Program-made: the position numbers and the translations under genes
Shown: positions 45,726-53,844 of the stretch, piece by piece
How positions within the stretch are numbered: the first letter of the stretch is position 1
How the letters are laid out: each line of letters starts with the position of its first letter
Notes under the pieces: generated by a model
Databases searched by the model: none
What the model was told of the DNA's origin: nothing
What the model saw: only the letters and a program-made list of their open reading frames with translations
Assembly (NCBI GenBank): GCA_949283655.1
Contig: CASDTH010000045.1
Location: forward strand, 12,228 to 76,227
Length of the DNA stretch: 64,000 nt
Direction of reading: 5' to 3'
Source of the DNA: an uncultured bacterium
GTDB lineage: Bacteria; Bacillota; Clostridia; Oscillospirales; Acutalibacteraceae

Positions 45726-46934
45726 ATGACTCAACAAAATTCAGAAAGGATGATCTGCTTGCAACAGGTACGCTTTGGCATCGTTGGCGTAGGCAATATG
45801 GGCTCAGGCCACCTCAAACATATCCTCAACGGCAATGTGCCGGAATTAAAGGTCACTGCCGTGGCGGATATTAACCCCGCCCGTCTGGAGGCGGCAAAAG
45901 AGACGGCGGCAAAAGCCGGCCAGCCGGTTGAAGCTTTCCCCACCGCGGCCGCGCTGTTTGACAGCGGGCTCTGCGACGCCGTTATCATCGCAACGCCACA
46001 CTATGATCACCCCCCGCTCGTCATCGAAGCGCTCCGGCACAACCTGCATGTGATCACGGAGAAGCCCGCAGGCGTTTACACAAAGCAGGTGCGCGAGATG
46101 AATGAGGCTGCGGCAAAGAGCGATAAAATTTTCGCTGTGATGTTTAACCAGCGCACAAACCACATCTACCGTAAGATGAAGGAGCTTGTTGCGAGCGGGA
46201 AATACGGCGAGATCCGCCGCACGAACTGGATCATCACCGATTGGTTCCGTTGCCAATCCTATTATAACTCCGGCGGCTGGCGCGCTACCTGGGCCGGCGA
46301 GGGCGGCGGCGTGCTGCTGAACCAGTGCCCCCACAACCTCGACCTGTGGCAGTGGATCTGCGGCATGCCGGTGAAAGTGCGCGCCTTCTGCAAGGAAGGA
46401 CATTTTCACGACATTGAGGTGGAGGATGACGTGACCGCTTATGTGGAATATGCAAACGGTGCAACCGGCGTTTTCATCTCCACTACAGGCGAATGCCCTG
46501 GCACCAACCGGTTTGAAATCGTGCTCGACCGGGCGACCATCTTATGTGAAAATGGAGAACTCTCCGTCTACGAGCTGGAGGACTCCCAACAGCATTTCAT
46601 TGACACCTGCCCCGAGGGCTTCGGCCGGGTTGACGGAAAATTCACCGACATTGAAACGGATGGCGAAAACCCGCAGCATGATGGTGTCCTGCGCGCCTTT
46701 GCCGCCGCAATCCTGCGCGGCGAGCCGCTCATCGCGCGGGGCGAGGAGGGCATTAATGGCCTGACGCTCTCCAACGCGATGTTCCTCTCCTCATGGCTCA
46801 ATCAAACAATTACGCTTCCGCTTGACGAGGATCTATTTTATGCCGAGCTGAAAAAACGGATTGATTCCTCCAAGATCAAAAAGGACACCGGTGAGGCTGT
46901 GGTATTCAACGTGGAGGGGACCTTTGGTTCTTGA
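45726..46934 (+). CDS. Gfo/Idh/MocA family oxidoreductase
   Basis: 402 aa. VRFGIVGVGNMGSGH Rossmann N-terminus and the EKP motif (VITEKPAG). Confidence 0.85.
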   Translation: MTQQNSERMICLQQVRFGIVGVGNMGSGHLKHILNGNVPELKVTAVADINPARLEAAKETAAKAGQPVEAFPTAAALFDSGLCDAVIIATPHYDHPPLVIEALRHNLHVITEKPAGVYTKQVREMNEAAAKSDKIFAVMFNQRTNHIYRKMKELVASGKYGEIRRTNWIITDWFRCQSYYNSGGWRATWAGEGGGVLLNQCPHNLDLWQWICGMPVKVRAFCKEGHFHDIEVEDDVTAYVEYANGATGVFISTTGECPGTNRFEIVLDRATILCENGELSVYELEDSQQHFIDTCPEGFGRVDGKFTDIETDGENPQHDGVLRAFAAAILRGEPLIARGEEGINGLTLSNAMFLSSWLNQTITLPLDEDLFYAELKKRIDSSKIKKDTGEAVVFNVEGTFGS

Positions 46935-46961
46935 CCGAATGGTGGAGGAGGGATCGTTTTC

Positions 46962-48005
46962 ATGCAAAAGGTTGCGGTAATCGGCTGCGGTAGCATTGCC
47001 AGAGTGCACGGCCTTGTGCTCGCGCAGCGGGAGGACCTCCACCTTGTTGCTGCCGCCGACTGCATACAGGAGCGTGCAGAGGATTTTTGCGAATGCTTTG
47101 GCGGCACGCCCTATCAGAGCTTTACACAGCTGCTGGATTGTGAGAAGCCGGACGTCATCCACCTGTGCACTCCACATTCCCTACACGTCCCGATGGCGGC
47201 CGAGGCGCTGCGGTGGGGCATCCATGTGCTCTCGGAAAAACCCGCCGCCATCACGCCCAGCCAGCTGAATGCGCTGCGGGAGGCAGTCAGGAGCTCCCCG
47301 GCGCAATACGGCGTGTGCTTTCAAAACCGGTTTAACCCCTGCGTTACCGCTGCGCGGGAGCGGCTGCTCTCCGGCAAGGCGGGCGCGCTGAAAGCCGTGC
47401 GTGCCTTTGTCACCTGGAGCCGCAGCGAGGCCTATTACACGGAAAGCGGCTGGAGAGGCACACTCTCCCAAGAGGGTGGAGGCGTGCTGACCAACCAGGC
47501 CATCCATACGCTCGATTTGATGCGCTACCTGGGCGGAGAGATTGCATCCATTGAAGGTCACATCGCAAACGATCATCTGCCCGGCGTAATCGAGGTGGAG
47601 GATACCGCCTGCGCCCTGCTGCGTTACCGCAGCGGCGCCACCGGCGTTTTTTACGCTACGACCGCCTACGCGGTGGATGCCCCTGTTCTGCTCGAGCTTG
47701 TGTGCGAGAAGGAGACGCTCCGGCTGGACGGCGCGGAGCTTTACCGCCGCTGCGGCAATCAGACTGAGCTTTTGACGGAGGGTTCCGGTAAAACCCCAGG
47801 CAAATCCTATTGGGGCTCTGGCCACGCGCAGTTGATCGATGCGTTTTACCGCGCGCTCACGCCGGAGAGCGAGCCTTTCCCCATCGGTATTGAGCAGGCC
47901 GCGCCCGTTAGCGAGCTGCTGTTTTCACTCTATGCGAAAAATGGGATTGATTATGAGAAGATACAGGTGGATGAGGCGGTGAATGGATCGAAGCGTTCAT
48001 TTTAA
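46962..48005 (+). CDS. Gfo/Idh/MocA family oxidoreductase
   Basis: 347 aa with KVAVIGCGSIARVH and VLSEKPAA. Confidence 0.85.
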   Translation: MQKVAVIGCGSIARVHGLVLAQREDLHLVAAADCIQERAEDFCECFGGTPYQSFTQLLDCEKPDVIHLCTPHSLHVPMAAEALRWGIHVLSEKPAAITPSQLNALREAVRSSPAQYGVCFQNRFNPCVTAARERLLSGKAGALKAVRAFVTWSRSEAYYTESGWRGTLSQEGGGVLTNQAIHTLDLMRYLGGEIASIEGHIANDHLPGVIEVEDTACALLRYRSGATGVFYATTAYAVDAPVLLELVCEKETLRLDGAELYRRCGNQTELLTEGSGKTPGKSYWGSGHAQLIDAFYRALTPESEPFPIGIEQAAPVSELLFSLYAKNGIDYEKIQVDEAVNGSKRSF

Positions 48006-48030
48006 GTTTGGATTTGCGGCGCAGCCAAAC

Positions 48031-48129
48031 GAGTCCGCCGCAGGTTTGTGGAGCCTGCCGCCGTTGGCCTATTGAAAGGCCTCAGCCTCAGCGATCAACT
48101 GAAGGCCCTGGGAGGTTTCTCCTGGAGAG
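48031..48129 (+). repeat. Repeat module A, copy 2 (5'-truncated)
   Basis: GAGCCTGCCGCCGTTGGCCTATTGAAAGG..GGTTTCTCCTGGAGAG aligns with 13550-13627. Confidence 0.75.
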
Positions 48130-48137
48130 ATGAGTAG

Positions 48138-48157
48138 GGAACGGTCTCGACCGTTCC
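48138..48157. repeat. 20-nt palindrome, module H (GGAACGGTC TC GACCGTTCC)
   Basis: Perfect 9-bp arms, preceded by TAG and followed by GACCCGG as at 53405. Confidence 0.8.
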
Positions 48158-48169
48158 GACCCGGTGAGA

Positions 48170-48552
48170 CCTGTAAGCAGTTCAGAGCCTCAAACATAAC
48201 GATAGGCCCAGGCGGCCTTAGATGCCACTCCCTGCGTGCGCGTGAGGGAATTTGCCCGCTATGCGGGCAAACGAACCTTCCCGCCTGTTTGAGCCGCCGT
48301 GAGGCGGTGAGTTCGGGAAGCGTTCGCCGAACGCGTTGTGGTGTGGCAAGTTTAAAAACCGCCGCCGCAGTGCCGTTCGCGGGGTCAAGGGGCGAAGCCC
48401 CCGGCTGGTTCTCTTCCTACCTTCTCTTACAGAAGTAAGAGAAGGTAGTCGCGTACAGCGAAACCAGGCACTCATTAAAAGCTAAAATAAAATCTCATGG
48501 CCGCACCACAAATGAAACATTGATGTTTGTTCCGCTCGGGCCGCAGGGGCCC
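48170..48552 (+). repeat. Repeat module B, copy 2 (core 48170-48378 plus complete tail)
   Basis: See copy 1. The tail carries hairpins GGGGCGAAGCCCC and 48417-48448, then CATGGCCGCACCACAAATGAAA and a terminal GGGCC..GGCCC hairpin. Confidence 0.85.
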
Positions 48553-48556
48553 AATT

Positions 48557-48723
48557 CAGACATCAGATATCAGACATGAGACGCCAGACGTGGAAGCTGG
48601 AAGCAATTGCCTCAGAGGCGGTGACAGAAAGTATTTTAGGGATAAAAATTTTCGCTTTTTATTGCGGAGGCAGGGCTTTATTGTAACCACATCTGAAATC
48701 TAACATCTGATATCTGGTATCTG
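48557..48723. repeat. S-K-S' palindromic element, copy 1
   Basis: Arms CAGACATCAGATATCAGACATGAGACGCCAGACGTGG (48557-48593) and CCACATCTGAAATCTAACATCTGATATCTGGTATCTG (48687-48723) flank a 72-nt core (48627-48698). That core is ~95% identical to 52205-52275. Confidence 0.8.
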
Positions 48724-48734
48724 TTTGGCGCTCG

Positions 48735-48870
48735 CTTGCCTGCAAGCAGGCAAGTCCCCTCACGAGCCCGCCGGAAGTAAGATGAGTTTGCCGCCGCTGG
48801 CCTACTGAAAGGCTCTGCCTCCGCGATAGACGGAAGGCCCCGAAAGGTTTCCGGCAATGCCTCGCCGGAG
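48735..48870 (+). repeat. Repeat module A, copy 3, with its own flanking hairpin
   Basis: CTTGCCTGC/GCAGGCAAG hairpin, then GTCCCCTCACGAGCCCGCCG..TTTGCCGCCGCTGGCCTACTGAAAGG..GGTTTCCGG. Confidence 0.75.
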
Positions 48871-48901
48871 GTTTGGTGATTCCGACAGGCCGGAACGGTC
48901 A

Positions 48902-48974
48902 AGTTAGACGGTAGATCGTAGAAATTAGATGGTAGATGAGAAAACCAAAAAGCCCTTGCCTCTGAGGCAGGAGC
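48902..48974 (+). repeat. Repeat module C, copy 1
   Basis: AGTTAGACGGTAGAT..GAAATTAGATGGTAGATGAGAAAACCAAAAAG plus a short hairpin and GCAGGAGC. It aligns with 53773-53844 and, with C/T changes, with 52131-52203. Confidence 0.75.
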
Positions 48975-49061
48975 TTCAATAAAATCAAGTCTAATATCCA
49001 ATTCCCACAGTCCAAAATCTAGCAATGAAATACTCCCAAAATAAAAAACGAAGGTGATGCT

Positions 49062-50123
49062 ATGCAAATGACAATGCGCTGGTTCGGCGCGCAGAAGGAT
49101 ACCGTTACGCTCGAGCAGATCCGGCAGGTGCCGGGGGTGACGGGCGTCGTCCCCGCCCTGCATGATTTGCCAGCGGGCGAAGCCTGGCCGCTGGACCGCA
49201 TTCTCGCCATGAAAGCGGAGATTGAGGCTGCCGGGCTCACGATGGAGTGCATTGAAAGCGTCAACGTCCATGAGGATATCAAGCTTGGCGCGCCCTCAGC
49301 CGGGCAATATATTGAAAACTATAAAACCTCTATCCGCAACCTGGCGAAAGCTGGTGTGAAGGTGATCTGCTATAACTTCATGCCCATCTTTGACTGGACG
49401 CGCACAGACCTTGCCATGCAGATGGGCGACGGCGCGACCTGCCTCTCCTACGACGGCGCGCAGATTGAGGGCAAAAGCCCGGAGGATATGTTCCGCGAGA
49501 TTGATGAAAACTCCAACGGATACGCCATGCCGGGCTGGGAAACCGAGCGGATGGGCGAAATTAAGGAGCTGTTTCAAAAATACAGGGGCGTGACGGATGA
49601 GGATCTCTGGCGCAACTTACAGCACTTTCTGGAGGAGATCATCCCTGTCTGCGAGGAATGCGACGTGAAGATGGCGATCCACCCGGATGACCCGCCATGG
49701 GGTATCTTTGGTCTGCCGCGCATCATCACGGATATCGCTGCGCTGCGCCGCTTTTTAAAGCTGGTGGACAGCCCCTATAACGGCCTGACCTTCTGCACAG
49801 GCTCGCTCGGCGCCAGCCTTCAAAACGATCTCCCCGCCATGATCCGCGAGGTCGGAAGCCGCATTTATTTTGCGCACCTGCGCAATGTGAAGGTGGAGGG
49901 CAACCGCTTTCATGAAACCTCCCACCTGTCGGCGGATGGGTCGCTCGATATGTATCAAATCGTGAAAGCGCTTCAGGAGGTAGGCTTTGACGGGTATATC
50001 CGCCCCGATCATGGGCGGATGCTCTGGGGTGAAGTGGCCCGGCCAGGCTACGGCCTCTATGACCGTGCGCTGGGCGCAGCATATTTGAACGGCCTGTGGG
50101 AGGCTGTTGCCAAAAGCAAATAA
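49062..50123 (+). CDS. uxuA: Mannonate dehydratase
   Basis: 353 aa. The MQMTMRWFG start is typical of UxuA, with a xylose-isomerase-like TIM barrel. Confidence 0.9.
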   Translation: MQMTMRWFGAQKDTVTLEQIRQVPGVTGVVPALHDLPAGEAWPLDRILAMKAEIEAAGLTMECIESVNVHEDIKLGAPSAGQYIENYKTSIRNLAKAGVKVICYNFMPIFDWTRTDLAMQMGDGATCLSYDGAQIEGKSPEDMFREIDENSNGYAMPGWETERMGEIKELFQKYRGVTDEDLWRNLQHFLEEIIPVCEECDVKMAIHPDDPPWGIFGLPRIITDIAALRRFLKLVDSPYNGLTFCTGSLGASLQNDLPAMIREVGSRIYFAHLRNVKVEGNRFHETSHLSADGSLDMYQIVKALQEVGFDGYIRPDHGRMLWGEVARPGYGLYDRALGAAYLNGLWEAVAKSK

Positions 50124-50151
50124 TCCATCATCAGGAAAGGGTGTATCAGCT

Positions 50152-51003
50152 ATGATTCAGCATGAAAATTTAAAGGGCCGCGTGGCAGTGGTGACCGGCG
50201 GCGGCGGGGTGCTCTGCAGCGCGTTTGCAAAGGATCTTGCAGCCTCCGGCGTAAAGGTTGCCGTGCTTGATATCCGGGAGGAGGCTGCGCAGGCCGTCGC
50301 CAATGAGATCAAGGCCGCCGGCGGCGAGGCAATCGGTATTGCGTGCGATGTGCTCAGTGCGGAAAGCCTGGAAAAGGCCCGCCAGGCCGTCAATGAAACG
50401 TTCGGCACCTGTGACATCCTACTCAACGGAGCAGGCGGCAACTCCCCGCTCGGCACCACAACAAAGGAGACGCTTGAGCCGGAGGATTTGCAGAAAAAGG
50501 CGGAGGGCGTGAAGACGTTTTTTGATCTTGATCCCAAGGGCATCGAATTTGTCTTTAACCTCAACTTCCTCGGCACGCTGCTGACAACGCAGGCCTTTGC
50601 CAAAGATATGGTCGGCAAGGAAAATGCCTGCATCGTCAATGTATCCTCCATGAACGCCTACCGGCCTCTGACCAAAATCCCGGCCTATTCAGCGGCAAAG
50701 GCGGCGGTTTCAAACTTTACGCAATTTATGGCCGTGCACTTTGCAGATGTGGGCATCCGCGTCAACGCGATTGCGCCCGGATTTTTCTCCACCAATCAGA
50801 ATAAAACGCTGCTTTATCATGAGGATGGCTCCCTCACACCGCGCAGTGAAAAAATCCTCTCCCACACGCCGCTGCGGCGTTTCGGGGTGCCGGCGGATTT
50901 GACGGGCACGCTGCTCTACCTCTGCGATGAGGAATATACAGGCTTCGTCACCGGCATTATCGTGCCGGTGGATGGCGGCTTCTCCGCCTATTCCGGTGTA
51001 TAA
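50152..51003 (+). CDS. SDR family oxidoreductase (by context a mannonate/fructuronate oxidoreductase candidate)
   Basis: VAVVTGGGGVLCSAF cofactor motif and a YSAAK catalytic motif. ATG 50152 is preferred. The functional assignment rests on context only. Confidence 0.8.
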   Translation: MIQHENLKGRVAVVTGGGGVLCSAFAKDLAASGVKVAVLDIREEAAQAVANEIKAAGGEAIGIACDVLSAESLEKARQAVNETFGTCDILLNGAGGNSPLGTTTKETLEPEDLQKKAEGVKTFFDLDPKGIEFVFNLNFLGTLLTTQAFAKDMVGKENACIVNVSSMNAYRPLTKIPAYSAAKAAVSNFTQFMAVHFADVGIRVNAIAPGFFSTNQNKTLLYHEDGSLTPRSEKILSHTPLRRFGVPADLTGTLLYLCDEEYTGFVTGIIVPVDGGFSAYSGV

Positions 51004-51032
51004 AAAATTGGACGGAAAGGGAGAATGACAAA

Positions 51033-52130
51033 ATGGATTTAAACCTTCGCGCCAAGCAGGAGTGCCTGTTTGACGAAATTTCGCTTGGCGAAGTGATGCT
51101 CCGGCTCGACCCCGGTGATGCGCGCATCAAAACAGCGCGCTCCTTCCGCGCATGGGAGGGCGGCGGCGAATACAATGTAGCGCGCGGGCTGCGGCGCTGC
51201 TTTGGCCTGCACACGGCGGTGGTCACCGCGCTGGCCGACAATGAAATCGGCCGCCTGATTGAGGATTTTATTTTGCAGGGCGGCGTGGATGCCTCCCTCA
51301 TTGAATGGAAGCCCTATGATGGCATTGGCCGCAGCGTACGCAACGGCTTGAATTTTACGGAGCGCGGCTTTGGCATCCGGGGCGCAGTGGGCGTATCGGA
51401 CCGTGGACACACCGCCGCCTCCCAGCTCAAGCCCGGCGATATTGACTGGGATTTCATCTTCGGCCGCCTCGGCGCACGCTGGCTGCACACGGGCGGTATT
51501 TTCGCCGCCCTGTCTGAAACGACCGCGCAGGTTGTGCTGGAGGCTGTGAAGGCCGCGAAAAAGTGGGGCACCGCCGTCTCCTATGATCTCAACTACCGCC
51601 CCTCCCTCTGGAAGGATATCGGCGGGCAGGCAAAAGCGCAGGAGGTAAACCGTGAGCTTGCCAAATACGTGGATGTGATGATCGGCAATGAAGAGGATTT
51701 CACCGCCTGCCTCGGCTTTGAGGTGCCCGGCAACGATGCGAGCCTCAAAACACTCAGCATTGAGGGCTACGGGAAAATGATTGAGCAGGCCGTGAAGGTC
51801 TACCCGAATTTCAAGGTAGTAGCTACCACTCTGCGCGCGGTGAAGACTGCCACGGTCAACGACTGGAGTGCTATCCTGTGGGCGGATGGTCAGCTGTATC
51901 GCGGCCTTGACCTGCCTGCTCTCGAAATTTACGATCGTGTTGGCGGCGGCGACAGCTTCGCTTCCGGTCTCATCTACGGCCTGATGACCACGGGTGACGC
52001 GCAGCAGGCGGTGAATTTTGGCGTTGCGCATGGCGCGCTTGCCATGACTACGCCCGGCGACACCTCCATGGCCAGCCTCAAAGAGGTGGAAAACGTGATG
52101 AAGGGCGCCGGCGCCAGGGTGCAAAGGTGA
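51033..52130 (+). CDS. kdgK: PfkB family sugar kinase (2-dehydro-3-deoxygluconokinase-like)
   Basis: 365 aa with the C-terminal VGGGDSFASGLIYG motif. It lies between uxuA and eda. Confidence 0.8.
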   Translation: MDLNLRAKQECLFDEISLGEVMLRLDPGDARIKTARSFRAWEGGGEYNVARGLRRCFGLHTAVVTALADNEIGRLIEDFILQGGVDASLIEWKPYDGIGRSVRNGLNFTERGFGIRGAVGVSDRGHTAASQLKPGDIDWDFIFGRLGARWLHTGGIFAALSETTAQVVLEAVKAAKKWGTAVSYDLNYRPSLWKDIGGQAKAQEVNRELAKYVDVMIGNEEDFTACLGFEVPGNDASLKTLSIEGYGKMIEQAVKVYPNFKVVATTLRAVKTATVNDWSAILWADGQLYRGLDLPALEIYDRVGGGDSFASGLIYGLMTTGDAQQAVNFGVAHGALAMTTPGDTSMASLKEVENVMKGAGARVQR

Positions 52131-52320
52131 AGTTAGATGTCAGATTCCGGACATGAGACGTCAGACGTGAAAACCAAAAGGCTTTCGCCACAAAGGCGGG
52201 AGCGGAAAGTATTTTAGGGATAAAAACTTCGCTTTTTATTGCGGAGGCGGGGTTTTATTGTAACCACATCTGAAAGCGGACATCCAATTTCCAGCATCGA
52301 ATATCTAAATTCGCATCTGC
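52131..52320. repeat. S-K-S' palindromic element, copy 2
   Basis: It starts at the nucleotide after the kdgK stop. AGTTAGATGTCAGATTCCGGACATGAGACGTCAGACGTG, core 52205-52275, then CCACATCTGAAAGCGGACATCC.. Confidence 0.8.
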
Positions 52321-52365
52321 TGTTTCATTTTCAATCGTTAATATCGAATCAATTGAGGGGTTTCT

Positions 52366-53283
52366 ATGAAAAAATTACAGCTTTCGAGGCTTTCGGTTTG
52401 CTACTTCTGCTGCGCGGTGACGCTTTCCTTCCTCCAGCAGTTTGTATTTTCTTTTCTGTCCAGTTTCATCTCCTCCCGCAGTGCGGTTTTGGCGCAGATG
52501 GCAGTCCTCTTGCTGACAGCTATATTGGGGGCGGCTGCGATTGGCTCCTTTTTCCGATTTGCGCGCAAGGATGGGCAGCGCAAGGGGCTGGCAGTTGCGG
52601 CGTTTTTTCTTTTGTTCTTGGCAATCATCAATGAAATTGCTTTCAAAGGGCTATTTCAACCAAATGGTTCCGTCGCTTATAAAACGGCGTTTTATGCAAT
52701 AATCACCTTATTCAGCATTCAGACGCCTTTGACACTGATGGCCATACAATATGCGGAAGTCATTTCCAAAAAGAAATTAGTTGTGGCCACAGCGCTGCTT
52801 TATGTGTTAAGCCTGTTATGCAGCATCGTCATGCAGGGTTACAGCTTTTGGCTGATTGAATGCGTATCCCTATCCCAATGGGTACCCTCTGCGCAATACA
52901 CAATCAATGGCATCGGCTGGCTCGTTGTCCGCCTACTATCGTTTGCCGTGGCGATATTACAAGCGGTTTCCGCCGTGCTTTTCCTGCGGTTGATCCGTGC
53001 GGTGGAGCAGCCCTCGCCGGCCGGATGGGCGGGGCAACCGCAGCAAGCCGCGGGCATCGCCGGGAGCGATGCACCTTTGCGCCCGGGCGTTTGCCCGAAC
53101 TGCGGGCGGGATAACGGGCCCGAGGCCAATTTCTGCGCGGTGTGCGCTATCCCTTTAAAGCGCCCGGAGCCCCAAAGCGGCCTGGAGGGCTCCGGCTCCG
53201 GCCGCCGCTGCCCCTCCTGCGGCGTGCCGCTGGAGGCCGGCGAACACTATTGCCCGCTTTGCGGGAGCAAGGCGGAGGAATAG
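52366..53283 (+). CDS. Polytopic membrane protein with a C-terminal double zinc-ribbon
   Basis: 305 aa. About 6 hydrophobic segments, then CPNCGRDNGPEANFCAVCA and CPSCGVPLEAGEHYCPLCG. GAGGGG RBS. Confidence 0.6.
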   Translation: MKKLQLSRLSVCYFCCAVTLSFLQQFVFSFLSSFISSRSAVLAQMAVLLLTAILGAAAIGSFFRFARKDGQRKGLAVAAFFLLFLAIINEIAFKGLFQPNGSVAYKTAFYAIITLFSIQTPLTLMAIQYAEVISKKKLVVATALLYVLSLLCSIVMQGYSFWLIECVSLSQWVPSAQYTINGIGWLVVRLLSFAVAILQAVSAVLFLRLIRAVEQPSPAGWAGQPQQAAGIAGSDAPLRPGVCPNCGRDNGPEANFCAVCAIPLKRPEPQSGLEGSGSGRRCPSCGVPLEAGEHYCPLCGSKAEE

Positions 53284-53330
53284 ATATCAGATGTCAGACA
53301 TGAGACATCAGACGAGAAAGCCGGGAACGG
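53281..53330 (+). repeat. S module (YAGAY tract) starting at the stop codon of the preceding gene
   Basis: TAGATATCAGATGTCAGACATGAGACATCAGACGAGAAAG. Confidence 0.7.
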
Positions 53331-53404
53331 TTGCCTCCAAGGAGATTGCAGGTGGCTTTCCATCCGGCCGGGTCAAGACCCGACCCTACAATCAACTTTC
53401 GTAG

Positions 53405-53424
53405 GGAACGGCCTTGACCGTTCC
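53405..53424. repeat. 20-nt palindrome, module H (GGAACGGCC TT GACCGTTCC)
   Basis: One mismatch in 9-bp arms. A partial GGGTCAAGACCCGACC lies just upstream at 53368-53385. Confidence 0.75.
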
Positions 53425-53436
53425 GACCCGGCGTGA

Positions 53437-53648
53437 CCTGTAAGCAGTTCAGAGGCGCAAGCGGAAGGATAGGCCCAGGCGGCATTTGCTGACACTGACT
53501 GCGTGCACGTGAGGGGACTTTTTAGCCCGAAGGGCAAAAAGCGAACCTTCCCGCCTGTTTGAAGCCGCGTGAGCGGCTGAGTTCGGGAAGCGTTTGCCGA
53601 ACGCGTCGTGGTGTGGCAAATTGATAAACCGCCGCCGCAGTGCCGTTC
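53437..53648 (+). repeat. Repeat module B, copy 3 (core only)
   Basis: Same conserved blocks as copies 1 and 2. Hairpin 1 is replaced by CTTTTTAGCCC/GGGCAAAAAG, and the tail is replaced by an unrelated hairpin CATCCTTT..AAAGGATG. Confidence 0.85.
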
Positions 53649-53746
53649 CTCCACGTCCTTTTGCATCCTTTACCGACGAGGGAAAAGGATGGGCCCCGCG
53701 GCCTGAGCGGAAAATAGAAAATATAGCTTAGTCAATAGAACACCCC

Positions 53747-53766
53747 GGAACGGTCAAGACCGTTCC
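53747..53766. repeat. 20-nt palindrome, module H (GGAACGGTC AA GACCGTTCC)
   Basis: Perfect 9-bp arms. Confidence 0.8.
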
Positions 53767-53772
53767 CTATAA

Positions 53773-53844
53773 AGTTAGACGGTAAATTTTAGAAATTAGA
53801 TATTAGATGAGAAAATCAAAAAGTTCTGCCCCAGAAGCAGGAGC
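53773..53844 (+). repeat. Repeat module C, copy 2
   Basis: AGTTAGACGGTAAATTTTAGAAATTAGATATTAGATGAGAAAATCAAAAAG..GCAGGAGC. Confidence 0.75.

Noticed and set aside
48130-48438. 102-aa plus-strand ORF, and the overlapping 85-aa minus-strand ORF (48218-48475), in the 1-kb spacer
   Set aside because: They lie entirely within repeat modules H and B. The frame is not conserved in the other copies, there is no RBS, and the products are Arg/Gly/Pro-rich and low-complexity.
48557-48593. Short tandem CAGAC/TAGAT-like units that could suggest a CRISPR array or microsatellite
   Set aside because: The units are 5-6 nt, degenerate and without spacers of fixed length. No cas genes are present. They form the inverted arms of the S-K-S' elements.
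48678-49271. 197-aa minus-strand ORF spanning the repeat region and the start of uxuA
   Set aside because: It is antisense to the well-supported uxuA start and runs through repeat modules. It has no RBS and no recognisable motif.
51039-52124. 361-aa minus-strand ORF
   Set aside because: It is an almost exact antisense shadow of kdgK, which carries the PfkB GGGDSFASG motif on the plus strand.
52239-52634. 131-aa plus-strand ORF starting inside the S-K-S' repeat
   Set aside because: It has an alternative (non-ATG) start within a repeat and is out of frame with the better-supported 52366-53283 ORF, which it overlaps. That ORF has a GAGGGG RBS and a coherent TM/zinc-ribbon architecture.
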